Source: Trichosphaerium sp. ATCC 40318 (lineage: Eukaryota > Protista > Tubulinea). Taken from it: a stretch of DNA of 64,000 bases. Shown here in pieces: positions 12,576 to 26,062 of the stretch; the stretch's first letter is position 1; each line of letters opens with the position of its first letter. The stretch spans positions 202,972 to 266,971 of the forward strand of contig JALMLS010000627.1 in NCBI GenBank assembly GCA_038496445.1. The letters are read 5' to 3'. A program made the translations under genes and the position numbers. The notes under the pieces were generated by a model that made no database searches, was not told where the DNA came from, and worked only from the letters and a program-made list of their open reading frames with translations.

Positions 12576-12883
12576 TTGAAGCGTACTTTCAATCAAAAGT
12601 ATAAGCCAGTTGCAACTTAATGTTTCTTATTTTTTGAGTGACCAACGAAAGAAACAACAAGAGCTTTGACAATGACAAAACAATTTTACGCCGTAAAACA
12701 GCTATCTACCTTATTCATAGCGTATTCGTGCGTAAGACAAGCCTTCTTTACGCTATATTTCATAATATACTCGATTTCAACCGAAACGGTATGTCATTTA
12801 TTGTTTGCGCTATTTCTTAATGATATTTCGCTATTTAGGCACCTTGGTGGCGTGGAAGACAAAGAAAAGAAAACTTTGAATAT

Positions 12884-13309
12884 ATGTTTCAATCAGGCTG
12901 TTATTTGGCCCTTTATTACATCGCTTATTGTATTATTTTAAATATTGATGATATCATGTCTTATGTACTAAACCCCGCGTTTTTTAAGAGGCACGTGTCT
13001 TGGAAACTGAAGTTTTTTATCAATCTTGACAATCCAAAAAAAGGACTTTCGTTTTCAGCGATTAATTATTGTTGTAGGCATTTTGAAGACTTCAAAATCC
13101 TATGGAAGCGTTTAGGGTTTCCTACTGCACAGAAAAAGGAAGCAACTGTTCTTGTATACTATCGTACAATCAAGAAAATAATCAACTCTGCGATTGGATA
13201 CTTAAAGGCTGCAGACCAGTACTTTGTGATGTTTGTCAAAAACAGGACCAAAGAAAATTCTGGAGATACTAAAACTAGAACTTGTTTAAAGGCCTCTATT
13301 GTAGACTAG
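12884..13309 (+). CDS. Orphan ORF or exon, hypothetical basic protein
   Basis: 141-codon ORF; shares KKxxNSAxxxLKxxxx(Y/W)xVM with the 33695-34921 gene. Confidence 0.35.
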   Translation: MFQSGCYLALYYIAYCIILNIDDIMSYVLNPAFFKRHVSWKLKFFINLDNPKKGLSFSAINYCCRHFEDFKILWKRLGFPTAQKKEATVLVYYRTIKKIINSAIGYLKAADQYFVMFVKNRTKENSGDTKTRTCLKASIVD

Positions 13310-13578
13310 CAAACTGGTAAAAGGTAGATTAAAAGGACATCGTTAACAAGACATGTCAAAGCGTTCTGTATTACTGCAACAATAGCTTGTAGTTAACTAA
13401 ACAACGTAAATAATGTATAAAACAAATTAAAAAGCTATTCGGTTGCCACTCTCGGTTTTTTATTGCTTATCTCGGCCGTTTCGCGTTAGTCGAAGGATAG
13501 ACGCTATTCATGCTACTTTGAAAGGTTTCGTGTTGGGTCTTGAGCGTTCAAATGAAATTGCAGAATCAGTACAACAAA

Positions 13579-15498
13579 ATGACCACTAAAGCTGTGAGAA
13601 TACCGTATAGTAAACTAGTAGATGTAAGCGGTAGTGTAGACCTTGGAAAGGAGATAGAAGCGGCTTACGGGTATGTTATTAACGTATTGACCTTGTAATT
13701 ACTGTAGTAGATACACAGGGCTTGGATTATTGATTATTGACGACATTCCTGGTTAGTAATTTGAGGTTATCGCTCAAAATAACGGAAAAGCAGGTGTTAG
13801 CGACCTCCGTGATAAATTACTGCGTCTAAGCAGTGAATTTGCTCATTTGCCAGAAGAAGCGAAAGAACCACTCGTACACAAGAAGGTAGACCCTATTCCA
13901 TGTATATGCCGTTATTTTAAGCTATTTGTAGAGCCACTACTGTGTTGGTTGGAGTCACGGTCGTGAAAACTTAAACGGCACACCAGGTAATAATGATACC
14001 GCGTCGTACAACGCGCTTTTAACATTAGTGCGTACACTAAGAAAATTGCGAGTGGCCAGCAGAAAATTTTTCGAAAAATCATTCACAACAAAGGCCCTGT
14101 TTTAATTTTTTGCGTTTGTGGAAACACCGTTGCTGTATATACTGCATTGATCGTATTAGTAGACTTATTGGCTGCGTTCTAAACCCAGAAATCTTTTTTT
14201 TTTTGTTTTTTTTCAAATCTTCATTTATGCTCCTTAACGTTTACACACACGTGTCCTGATGTTTTTATTGCCGTAAAAGTTTATTTATGCGACTAGGGCT
14301 TTTTTTGTTCAGACCTAAACGTCACGTGCTCATTTTTCTTCTTTAGATGTATCAAAGGGATCTTTTTATAATAATCCAATAATGGATGTACCTACAACAG
14401 ATGAATCACTTATTGAACAGTACCCTGAGCTTTGTAGCGCTAATATATGGCCTGATAATGTCCTTCCTGATTATAAACCAACATTTAAAGCAATGGGACA
14501 ATTAGTAGTAAACGTTGGAAAGCTTATCGCCAAGTACGCCCAGGAATTTTAATTCTTGTTTCTTTAGGGTTGCTATGTCAAGCCGGAAACTTTTTTTTGT
14601 TATTTTTGAGTTTTTGATTTTTTGTTCTTAGGCACTGTGATAAGTATGTTGAAAGCAAATTAAAGGATAAATATATAAATTCAATACATGATGTTATAGA
14701 TCAAAGTAATTCCATAAAGGCAAGGTTACTTCATTATTTTGCTGTCGAGGCAGAAGAAAAACGAACAAGGTAACTCAATTAGCCCTTGTTTTTTCATCTG
14801 GCTTACTGTTTTTTGTAGAGACTCTTGGTGCGGCTGGCATAATGACAGTGATGTTCTAACAGGACTGGTACCTGCTATATACAGAAATAAGGAAGGAAAG
14901 ATTGTTTCTAATCCAGATACTCAAGCTGGTCTTTGGATACGTACCAGACAAGACCAAGAGGTACACGCTTAAATAAAAACTAGTCACTTAAAATTTTTAT
15001 CAAAAGGTTAAAGTAAGTGTTGGCTCGTCAAATGCCTTGGCATTTCAGATTGGTGAGATTGCACAAGTCTTGACAGGAGGATTACTTGTACGTGTGTATT
15101 TATCAAATGAAACAAAGCATGTTTGCTTATGGATATAGCGGGCTACTCCACACGCTGTACAAGCTATTAAATACCCTGAAAGGTACAGGTTTTTTTTGGG
15201 TTTTCTACTTTTCTATTATTCATTGCACGTGTCAGTCTCTAATAACGTGTTTCTTCTCTATAGTAAGGATATAGAGCGTGATACATTTGCAGTTTTTATG
15301 CAACCAAAGGTGACTTACATGATAAAGTCTCCAAAAGACTCTGATTTAAAGGTATGGACAAAAAACTGTTGTTTACAGATCTTAATCTTTTTTTTTCAGA
15401 AAATTGAAGTGGGCCAATATACACGTGAAATGACAGCAGGAGAGTTCCAAGGTGCTACTTTAAGATACTATTATGAACGTAGTGTTGAGAAACAATAA
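13579..15498 (+). CDS. 2-oxoglutarate/Fe(II)-dependent oxygenase (IPNS/DIOX-like), multi-exon
   Basis: Spliced motifs GLGLLII, VGWSHGRE, RLLHYF, DSWCGWHNDS (HxD), FQIGE, RATPHAV, RDTFAVFMQP. Confidence 0.9.
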
Positions 15499-16244
15499 AA
15501 TAATGGATTACCAGAACTACAAGTGTAAAAATGAACACCAATTTAACCGTTATTTCAGAAACCAACGACATTTACAACATCTCCAATACCAGGCTGCACT
15601 ACGATTTAGTGGCATATGTTCACGAGTAGTATATCTTGGATTGGAAACAAAAACAAAAAGCGAGTGGTTCAGTTACTAATAGTACATGACATTTAATTAG
15701 TTTTTGTATTCATTTTCCTAGTATAGTTTCATTTACCCGTATCCTCTAGCCAATAACGATCTATCTCCACTTGGTAATCTATTAAATCAAAAGTAGTTTC
15801 ACTATATGCCATTAACACCGCATACGTGTACAATTCTCTAAACTGTGGTTACCCTACTTGAAATTTCAAGTGCAAACCGGGTAGTATTATATCAACAGTT
15901 CTACTGCCTCATGGAACGATGGTACGTGTGGTATTCAAGGCTTTTTAGCTGAGCCAATGTCATAGCTGACGTGTAGGTTGTGTACTAGCCATGCAGTCTG
16001 TACTGATCCACAATACCTTTTTCCGCAGATGGCATTAAAAAAAACATGAGAAGCAGTGTCTCCCACGTTTGCTTTGCTTTTTACACTTGCAAAAATTACA
16101 TTTATTGATTGTTTTTGTCAGCAAACGCAAGTAAACACCAACCACAAATGAGTACCGTGAAGTCACCAAATTGAAAAAAAGCGAGTTTTCGTTTCACTAT
16201 TGTTTTACAGTTACAGCAACCGTTAAATCAAACTAACAAAAAAA

Positions 16245-17387
16245 ATGGCTTTACAAGGGTTAAAGCGTATGGTTCAAAGTGGATCAGTTGACTTTGGTCG
16301 TCAGAGGTTCGTTTAATACTACGAAACGCGTACAATAACTAAAACTAAGCGAAACATACGAAAAATACCGCCCAGGGTTTCCGAAATCATTCTACAATAA
16401 AATAAAGCAACGTATTGTAATCAAGGACGCCAGAGTCCTTGATATAGGCACAGGAACGTCATATTTAACCGAAAAATCTTCTAAAAACATTGTATTTAGG
16501 TACTGGGCATGTTGCCTTTGGTATGGTCGAAGCAGGCGCTTCAAAAGTGCGATACAAGTGAGCCAGTGGCTACTTACTATTGTTACAAAATAGGCGGTTG
16601 GTGTTGACATTTCAGAGAATCAAGTTATGGCAGCTAGGAAGTCCAACAAGAACAAAAACCTGGCTTGCACGTGCGTTCCTTTTACACTGGCAATAATTGC
16701 CGTTATTGACCTACCTTAGATTTGCTCAAGGCACTGCTGAAGAGACTAAGCAGGACTCTGATTCATTTGATATTGTTACTGCTGGACAGTGCTGGCATTG
16801 GTTCGATGGTGATAAAGGTGAGAATACAAGAACTCTTTTGTAACCGTTGGTAATGTATATAGCCCTTCAAGAGATAAATAGGGTATTAAAGCCTGACGGT
16901 TATTTGGTGATTGCTCACAATGACTACCTTACTCAAAGAAGCAAGGTTGCTAAGAAATCAGAAGAACTTGTACTAAAGTATAACTCAAAGTGGAAACTTA
17001 GCCAACATGATGGTACGTCATTTAGATATTTAAGGTATGAGCTTTAAACCTGATACACGTCTTTTCGGTTAGGTACTTATCCAAGTGAGATTCGAGACAT
17101 ACTAAGGGGAGGGTTTGAGTTCACAGAACAGTTTTGCTATGACGAGACTGTAAACTTTACTAGGGAGTCATGGTAGTTTCTTTCATCGTACTCTTCAAAA
17201 CAGTTCTTGTTGACTTTGTTTTAGGCAAGGTAGAATGCTTACTTGCAATGGTATTGGCTCATCTGATTTAAAAGAAGATGATATAAAGCTGTGGTCAGTT
17301 GACATGGACAAGATGCTATTTAGTTTTGAAGAGCCAATTCAAGTTTGGCATCGCATTTGGGTTACAATCGGAAAGAAACCATCTTAA
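16245..17387 (+). CDS. Class I SAM-dependent methyltransferase (Methyltransf_11-like), multi-exon
   Basis: YEKYRPGFP, VLDIGTGTG (needs a non-canonical intron at 16454-16499), FDIVTAGQCWHWFD, RVLKPDG. Confidence 0.9.
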
Positions 17388-17567
17388 AGAACCCTTTTGT
17401 TCATACAGTCTGTGCTCAGTATTAAAATAAACCTAGTGCTTACCACGCAGCTGATTTAACCTTATCCTCACTAACTTTATTTGTCGTTAATCAACACATG
17501 TAACAACCTTAAATTCCGACATATACAACGCTAGAAAATGTGGTTTATTTTTAGAATGCCTTGTTTA

Positions 17568-18441
17568 CTAGTCTAAATGGGCTGTTACTGGATACAAGTG
17601 ATCCAAATCAGGTTTTTCTGTGCAATAATAATGTATCCAAACGCAACAATAGTGGTATGCAGCAACTAGCACTGCTGGTAGAGACCCATGAACCAATCCT
17701 GGTACGAACACAATGCCTACCATAAACAGATACATTGGATTATTAACAAGGCCAAAAATACCACCTTTAACAAGTCCCTTCTGTTTGTAGTACTCCGGGT
17801 AAAAATGATCAGCTCCTACACTCGATTGTAAGTACTCCATGGTCACGTTTTAAAGCAAAAAATCACGTGTCTTATCACTTCTTTCGTTTGTTTGCGTACC
17901 AGTAAGTCCTGCGATTCCAAAGTACATTACTACTGAGTATACTGTATATACTGCAGGTATCAAGATGGCTATTGCTAAAAATACTCTATACTCGAATGCA
18001 AGATTAAGCGTATGGCCACTGTTCATTGCAATTAACCCCATTGATATTGGTCTGCCCAGGAACAGTATATAAAACACTGTGGAATACACTATGAACCCAA
18101 TATCTTTACCCATACTAGGTACCTTTTAGCAAACGTTCAAGTAATGCAAAAAATATTGGAAGTTCCTCCCAAATCGAACTGTTTTAGAGCTTGAATGATC
18201 TGCTACATCCATGGCAAACTACGTACATTGTTGATACTAGCTTAGTATGAAGTTCAATGCGCCAAACAAGCCATACCCAACCAACGTGAAGAATATGGAC
18301 TGAAACACTTATCATCATAAAGGTAACAATGCCGTTGTCTTTGTAAGGCCAGTATATTGCGTATGCTAACAATCCAAGAAGTGTAAAGTGTATTACTTGG
18401 CGTTCTAGTATTTTGCCTAATGTTGAGTGCATTGGTTCCAT
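17568..18441 (-). CDS. Phospholipid methyltransferase (PEMT-family) membrane protein
   Basis: Several TM helices; YSVVMYFG, GADHF, LVKGGIF..VNNPMY, YYCTEKPDL motifs. Confidence 0.7.
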
Positions 18442-18849
18442 TAGTTTGTGTTGTTGTTGTATTGTAACAGTATGGATTATGTTGTGTAGTTCCAAACAAT
18501 TTTTAAAGCGTGAACAGGCGGGGATTAACAAAACATCCGGTTATTCTCGTCTTATTCAATGAACAGTGGCAACCGGTTAATTTATTGACTGTTCCCGGCC
18601 TTCCTCTTTATTTACCCGGATGAATTTTTATTTTCTTATGTAGGTACCAAGTAGGAATGATAGTGAAAACATTTGATAACAACTTGCCAGAGGAAATTTT
18701 GACTCAGTAAAAATACAATTTTATTTTAGTTTTGTTTTTCTCTTATCTACATTCTCTTGTCCACAACATATCGGCAATTACATATAGCCTTGTACATGCG
18801 TTAGTTACACCCCATAACGACTTTTTTATAGTCTCTACAGATTAATATG

Positions 18850-19763
18850 TCAAGAGCCATTATCGTCTGATTCATCACCTTCTTCACTGCTGGTTTTATG
18901 GCTTTAACAAAATCAGTAAAAAAACACTATCAAATCGTCTTAAATACGCTAATAACAATTTACGTACGGTACAATCGGTGACGGGCCATATGCGGATGCT
19001 TTTGGATCGCGTAAAACTGGTACAGCAGTAGGTGCTACATAATCAGCTGAAGGCACTCTTTTCTCTTTTTTCCCTTTTTTCCCTGTGTCAATATATGCAC
19101 GCGTATCGCGCGTATCACGCCCTTCTATAGTATTCCTTGGTGACTTTGTCGGGGATCGCGATCTTTGTATTGTTTTTTAGTATATATCACGTGTATCGAA
19201 GCGTCAAAGCGCGGTTTTGACTACAAACAAAAAAAAGCGTACAAATCTCCAAGATAATCCTCATCTTTGATCTCTTTGTCTTTTACTGTTGATGAGCGTT
19301 TTGCCTTTACGCAGCAAACAGCAAGACTTACAAATATACCTCCAAAGACCGCTAGAATACCAAATATAATTCCGATAATTACACCTACAGAGAGCCGTAA
19401 TTCACCTACGAGTATGTGTTTGTTCGATTTTCATGCTTTTTTTTTGTGTTTGCTTTTCTTCAACACCAAAAACGCGTACTAGGCGCTAGAGTTGATGCCT
19501 CTTGCATAATTAGTTAAATACTTCCTATTATTGCCACTTCCAATATTCCGAATGGTTTCAACAGCGCACGTGATAGTAAATAGCAAAACTTAAAGGCAAA
19601 CTTAATTACTTGTACTCGAGTATGATAATGACACTTGTTGAGATGACAACAGAGTAAATAAACACAACAAGAGAACGAACTCTTTTGTTGCTGAGGAGAA
19701 GAAGAACAGTGAGCAATTGACTCAAAGATTGATAGTGATAATAGCCAATTGAAACTTGTTCAT
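18850..19763 (-). CDS. Small single-pass membrane protein, hypothetical; start uncertain
   Basis: Spliced exons give a short ectodomain, TM segment VGVIIGIIFGILAVFGGIFVSLAVCC followed by basic KAKR, and a charged tail; stop TGA 18850. Confidence 0.55.
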
Positions 19764-19816
19764 GTTGAACAACTTGATGATAACGTTCTGTTTTACTACT
19801 TACTCTTGTACAATTG

Positions 19817-21762
19817 TCATAGATTTGAGTGTATCGCTGATGCTACTTCTCTTAGATTGTATTTGCCAAAAAGATTTTCTATAGAATCAGCAATGATCTA
19901 AATAGTTACAGTGAACACAAACCAAAATCGAAACCACTTTTTGCAAACAATATTGTTTCGGAGAAAAAGAAAGAAAAAATCTGTATTTACTGCCCATCGT
20001 AAAGTCATCCCAAAATAAAAAACTTCTAACATACCTGCGCGTTATTTTGTTGATACCTAAAGCCACATAAACAAAAAATATATTGGACTGTAGTAACAAT
20101 AACAAAACAAGTTGCAAACTTCGAAAAAAAAGAAATCAAAAAAAAAAAGTGAATATTTGCTTACCCTCCAGATAATACCATAAGAATAGGTATAGATCTT
20201 TCCAGCGCCATACCAAATACGATATCATCGCGCTCAATAATAGTTTCAGCTGATAAGCTAAAACCACCTGCACTGACATTTAAAACAATGACAAGAATAC
20301 ACCCAGAAATATTCAAAAAAAAAAAAAGTACCTAAAGGATCTCCGTCTAGAATATCTGTACCAGCGTTATAAAGTAACAATTCAGGTTCAAATTCGTCTA
20401 GTGATTCTTTTAATTCAGTTTTTATCATTGCAATATACTCATCATCTGTTATCTGTGACGTAATGCCTAATTCGAAAAAAAGTAAACAAAGAAAATCATG
20501 TGTATTACAACAGGTTACCTAAATCTTTTGATATTGCTTTTTTTGCACCTGAATCGTTTGGATATATACGCCTTTTATACTATGTTAGAAAAATTATATT
20601 TGCATTTATTACGGTCTACAGAAAGACACAATCGTACCTGTTGTAAACATCGAAAATATAAGTATTTTCTTTATCTCCGAGAAAATCTCTCTCGTGACCG
20701 TTTCCTAAAATGTATTCATACAAGAGAACTCCTCCAACAACTAGAAATGTACCTTGATGTGCATCTATATAGTCGTTAGGAGAAAGAAAAGAGATATAAA
20801 CAACCACAAACTAAAATGATATTTTTACCTAAGTCAACAATCATAACTTTGTTAGCCAACTTCTTCGCTCTCAACTCTTTAATTGCAAGTGTGATATCCG
20901 CTATAATCAACTTAGTTTTTTCCATATATAAAATGTAATAACGCACCATAAACACAGAATCCTTCACCTCGATAACCACAAGCATGGTGAAACCCCTAAA
21001 CAATTTAAGATTGAAAAAAAAGGAAAAAAAACTCGCGTACGCCACCTAAGTTAATAGCCCATCCTTTTGACATAGCCAACTCTAGTAAGTTAATGACTGT
21101 ATCAATACAGTATTTTCATCGCACCTGCTCCTAGAATCGTTCCTCCAGTAGCACGTAGCATAGGTGTAAGCACTCTACTTTTTACCTAAGATAGCATAAA
21201 TAAGCAACACGTGATTGTTAATATTGCAATATGTAATGAACTCATTATATAAAGAAGGAGTACACGTACCAAGAAATTAGGAAGGAAGGCTACAAAGGGA
21301 AGTTCGAGGATGTGTGCTAAGTTGTAAGACCTTGAAAAGGTTAGCTTTGGCAACAACAAAAAGTGCCAATGAAAAAATTGATAACTTACGATTGCAATGA
21401 TTTTAGGTAGGTGTCTGTATGAACGGTACCTAGTAGTTTAGCACTAGGGATGGAGGGCTCTATTTTTATGTTGAGTTTAAACGGTAATTTAGTGGTTACC
21501 TATGTATTCCTTCTTTCCTATGAGTTTACATGCGCGCAGAGCCTCATAAACTTGTAGTAGAGTTAGATGGTAAATCATTTCTGTTAAAAAAGACGAGGAG
21601 TAACGTACCACGCCCGTATTTCTGTGAGTCGAACGGATGAAGGTTTTCTAAGCCCCATGCAGTAATATTGTACCCCTTTACAACAATAAGTTATAAAACT
21701 GTAAACCATCGTACTGGTGCATAAATGAGTGGTAATGTGTTTGCGTGCGATGCTTCAGCCAT
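19817..21762 (-). CDS. HDAC11: Class IV histone deacetylase (HDAC11), multi-exon
   Basis: GLENLHPFDSQKYG, GWAINLGGGFHHA, GEGFCVYADI, DLDAHQGNGHERDF, YNAGTDILDGDPLG, LSGGYQ. Confidence 0.95.
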
Positions 21763-21831
21763 CTTGAGTGTCAACGATAGTATTTTTGGCAAAGCTGAGT
21801 TTGTCAGACTTAACCGCTTTAAAACAACATC
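21763..21831. promoter_or_regulatory. Putative bidirectional promoter between HDAC11 and the alpha/beta hydrolase
   Basis: Only 69 bp separate the two divergent ATGs. Confidence 0.6.
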
Positions 21832-23019
21832 ATGGACGCACCTACGCTTGCATCTATTAGCTGTGAAGAGCTCACAGTTAGTATAAACAACAAAAGCATG
21901 GTTTATATCCAACGTACTCAAAAAGAAAACAAAACATGCTTAGTGTTCGTACATGGCTTTCCAGGTATGCTCAGTGTGCCAGCTCTCCTATTTATCAGCC
22001 CTTCAAGACTCATACTGGTCATGGGTTCCAGTTGTACCATTTCTGAAGCAGACTGATGTATATGCGGTTGATCTAATAGGCGTACGCACTATTCTTATTC
22101 TTTTTTGTAACGGTACTCCTCTAACAACACTTGTAGTACGGCAAGTCATCTAAAGACGTAAAGGTACATTACTTGCACTATTCTGAACATCCATCTAAGA
22201 GCTTCCGTGAAAGGATTTCGATCCAGTGCGAGATGTAGTTGAATTTATCACAAAATTAAAACTAGACACAAAATATGAAAGTCTATGCTTAGTAGGTCAC
22301 TCAATGGGCACAGCCATAGTAAAAAAAGTTGCACAGCAGCGTCCAGATCTCATTCAAAAACTTGCATTAATTGGCGGTACTACAACCTGTACGACTTGCG
22401 TATTCACTCTGTTAGGTACTGTAAATATTGGACCTGTTGCAACAGAAGGTTTGGGCGAATTCAAACTTCCAGGAGCAATAACCAAAGAGAGTACAACTGA
22501 ATTTCAAGCTGGTTGCGTCAATTGTGAAACTGCACCTTGGTACGTACCTGCTAAGTGCTTGCAATAAATAGCTTATTATGAATAGGCTCATGCCTAAAGT
22601 AATAGATATGAGCCTGAACACTCCAAGGGAGTCTTGGGTAGCAGGTATTGAATGGATGGAGAAAGATCTTAACAACGATCTTAGCAACATCAAGTACAAC
22701 CAAATATCGTCAGTTATCATTCTTATGTTACTATCTTAGAGCTCCTACAGCTGTCATCTATGGAGAAGGAGAAACTTTTTTCCCTGCTGATGTTCAGGTA
22801 ACGTTTTAAACGCTGTATTCCAATAACTAACTTTATATCCTAGAAAGAACTTGTAGGTTCGATTCCAAATGCAACACTTTTCCCTATTCCTAAGGGCGGA
22901 CATTCGGTGCAATTTGAGGTACAAAACGGCTAACCTCAGGGATGAAATAACTTATTGGTTTTTTTAAGTTTCCAGAGCAAGTCGCCAAAATTTTGCAAGA
23001 ATTGTGTCAAAAAAAATAA
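21832..23019 (+). CDS. Alpha/beta hydrolase, multi-exon
   Basis: VFVHGFPDS, DLIGYGKS, nucleophile elbow LVGHSMG, C-terminal GGHSVQFEFPE. Confidence 0.9.
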
Positions 23020-23185
23020 AATGATTCTCTGTTGTCTTCACCCTTGTCACTGTACCTCACAAAAAGAAATAATGTAATAAAACAAAAAAAGATTCGTTTG
23101 ATTCTAATATTAGCTACTGTCAAGCGCGTGGGTGGAATTCCATTTATTAGTGTAACAAAAAATTACCCAAACCAAAAGGTGTTAT

Positions 23186-24961
23186 TTACATAATAATTGA
23201 AGGAGATGGAACAGAAGCCTTCAGTGTCTTGTGATCCAAAACTTTACCGCCGTTCAACAACAACATATCATTAATTTTGACAGCACGTCCAAGCACAGAT
23301 ACGTTCTCAATACGAACCCATCGACCAACCTGAGACGAAAAAATGAGCCAAAAATAATAATAAATGATGAAAAAAATAAAATGAAATAATGTCAATTTAC
23401 AAACGTACTATTGAATCCCATCCGATGATAGAATTATCGACCATAGAATTTGACTTAATAGTAGCTCCACCAAGTACTGTAGTACGCTTTATTCTGACAC
23501 CTAAAATGTCTTTTTTTAGTACTTGAAAAAAAAAACAAAACAAAACTAGACACTTCGTTCACTTCAAAAAAACGTACCATCTTCAATAACCACATCAGGA
23601 CCAATACATACATAAGGTCCGATTAAACATCCCTTTCCAATCTTTGCAGAAGGGTGCTAAAAAAGGTTGTAAGTAAAAACAGTTTACTAATCAAAACACA
23701 TCACATTTGCATGGTGCAAATAGAAAAAAAACCCAAAAAACGCGAACAAATCTTTTCAGATACCCGAAAGAAATTCCTTTCGCAATTAAACGTACAATTA
23801 AACAAGGACCAACTGTGCCCTCTCCAGTAGTCAAAGCAGTAGGTTCTTTTACTCTCAAACTGTTTAAAAACAAGCACATGCCCGATAAGAAGTCTTTAGG
23901 TTGACCAACGTCCATCCAAAAGCCCAATAACTCTTTACAATAAAGCTGACCTTCATTAGCCAATTCAGGGAACACTTTGCGCTCAATCGATGTAGGAACA
24001 GGCTAAACAATTTCTTAGACATTATTCTGGAAGAGAAAGCAATTTTAAAACGCGCTACGTGGCGAAAAAGATCGAAACAAATTAAAAGTTTTTTTTTTTC
24101 CATGTTTATTAAAAAGGCCAGCGTACCTGTATCCGTTTCAAAATAGACTTGCTGAAGATGTATATGCCAGCGTTGATTTTATTACCAACGAATACTTGAG
24201 GTTTCTCTACAAATTTTTCTATCTTTCCTGTTTGCTTGTCGTACATCACTACACCATATTTTGAAGGTTCTGCGACTTTCGTAACCTATTGTGGACACTG
24301 TAAGAAGCATGCTCAAGAAAAATAAAACGCAATAAATTGTTTTCTTATGTGTTGAGCGCGTGGTGAACGCAAAGTAACACGGAAAAACGCAAAGTCAGCG
24401 TAGTAACGCACCATAATTGTTCCTTCACCTCCATGGGCCTTGTGGAAGTCGTATAACTCCTTGAAAGGATAATCGGCGGTGATGTCGCTATTCAAAACAA
24501 AGAATGGCTCATCATCGTCACCACCTGCTAGTATTTTATCCTTGGCTAGGCCAATAGGTCCCGCTAGAGCAAAACTTAGCAAAACGGAGGATTTTGTTGC
24601 CTAGTTTGGTATGTACCTGTGTCAAGGGGTTCGTGCTCCTGGGAGTATTGTATCTCTACGCCGAGCTACCACGCACGTTAATTGTTGATTTCAAAAAGTC
24701 TTAAAGGCTACCTTCGCTTCCCACGGCTTTAATATCTTCCGCATCTCATCTGGCTTGTAGTTAACGGCCAAAATGACGGTTTTTACACCAGCCTTAGTGA
24801 GTCAGCACGAAATTACCAACGAAAGTGCCTACCTTTGATAGAGCCTCCATTTGGTGTACGATAAGCGGTTTGTTGCAAAAAGGTACGCATGGCTTGGGGC
24901 AGGAGAGCGTTAATGGTCTTAGTCTTGTACCGAAACCGCCGACGAGAATTAAAGCTTTCAT
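23186..24961 (-). CDS. GMPPB: Mannose-1-phosphate guanylyltransferase (GDP-mannose pyrophosphorylase, beta type)
   Basis: [53 protein letters not shown], hexapeptide region, C-terminal PSIIM. Confidence 0.95.
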
Positions 24962-25228
24962 TGTTGTAGTTTGTAAAGTAGAATGATCCCCAAGTTACCC
25001 CAAAAGTATAGAAAACTAAAATAAATTCGCAAAAACACGGACAAACGCGTAACAGGTGTTTTTGCGTAGTGAAACGCGCTAAGAGCGACAATCACAATCA
25101 GCCAGAAAGATCACGAGATTTGTTTGTTAGAATTCTCGTGAAAACAAGTGCAAAGGAGCGTGGCTCATCTACTTCATCGATACAACGCGTTATATCTATG
25201 TTACAGTATTTATTTACGTTTACAACGA

Positions 25229-25899
25229 TTATTTGCATCCTTTACTAGGTATAGTAACAAAGAAAGGTAAAGCAAGTTTGAAATCGAGCTTTAAAGACTG
25301 TTCTTCTTCTTCAGTTTTAGCCTTTGACATTTCAACTTGCCGTATCTTATTCAAATATTTCAGCCTCGCTATTGCGCGTGACTCACTTGATGTGACACGT
25401 CTTGTAGCTTTTGTTTGTTTTACCCAATCCTTTGTATCGTATACTTTAGTTTCTGTGTATCGCTTCTGTATTTCGTCTTTTTTTGGTAGCAGTTCAGTTA
25501 GGAAAAGTGTAAAAAGCGTTATTTTATGACTGTACCTTTAATAATCAAACGTAAACTTCGTCGGCGTACTACACTCTCTGTTGTTCCATCTGTGGACCGT
25601 TTTAAGTTGACTCTTGCTAACATTGTTGGTGCAACGTTCTCAGGTTTGTCTACTCCAGCTACTTTCGCATTCCCTGTTAACGTAAGGTAAGTTTATGAAA
25701 GCACTAATTCCACCTTACATCCTTCCGCTTGGCTAACAGCATTTCGTATAAAGCGACCACAAGCAGCGACATCCACTCGTAACCGTCGCTTTGGCCTTGT
25801 CTTTTTTTTGGTTGGCTTTTTATGTTTGCTTACATCATTCCATATGCTTTGCGCGAATGTAGATGCATTACACGCACCATCGTCCAAAAAAACAGACAT
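25229..25899 (-). CDS. Hypothetical basic protein, about 3 exons
   Basis: Open exons with plausible GT-AG introns; K/R-rich; no recognised family. Confidence 0.45.
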
Positions 25900-26062
25900 A
25901 GTTACTAATTTGATTTAAAGTTGTATTTCTTCGACTGCAGCGAGCTGGTAGATTGTTGATTGCTTCGCCACGTTTATTGTCAACCTGAGACAAGCAGTGT
26001 ACTAGGGTCAAAATAATTCATAAAAAAGTGTAAACCACGAAATTTGGCGGCTGTAGTTCACC

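Larger units (their letters stand above)
10973..12582 (-). mobile_element. 5'-truncated non-LTR retrotransposon (RNase H + CCHC zinc finger, 3' UTR, (GTAAA)4 tail, 7-bp TSD)
   Basis: TTGAAGC occurs at both ends (10973-10979 and 12576-12582). Minus strand ends AATAAAA-GTAAA-GTAAA-GTAAA-GTAAA. Intronless A-rich ORF without ATG, truncated before the RT domain. Confidence 0.85.

Noticed and set aside
22850-22870. tRNA T-loop-like GGTTCGATTCC
   Set aside because: It lies in a hydrolase exon with no cloverleaf; no convincing tRNA or rRNA gene was seen in the window.
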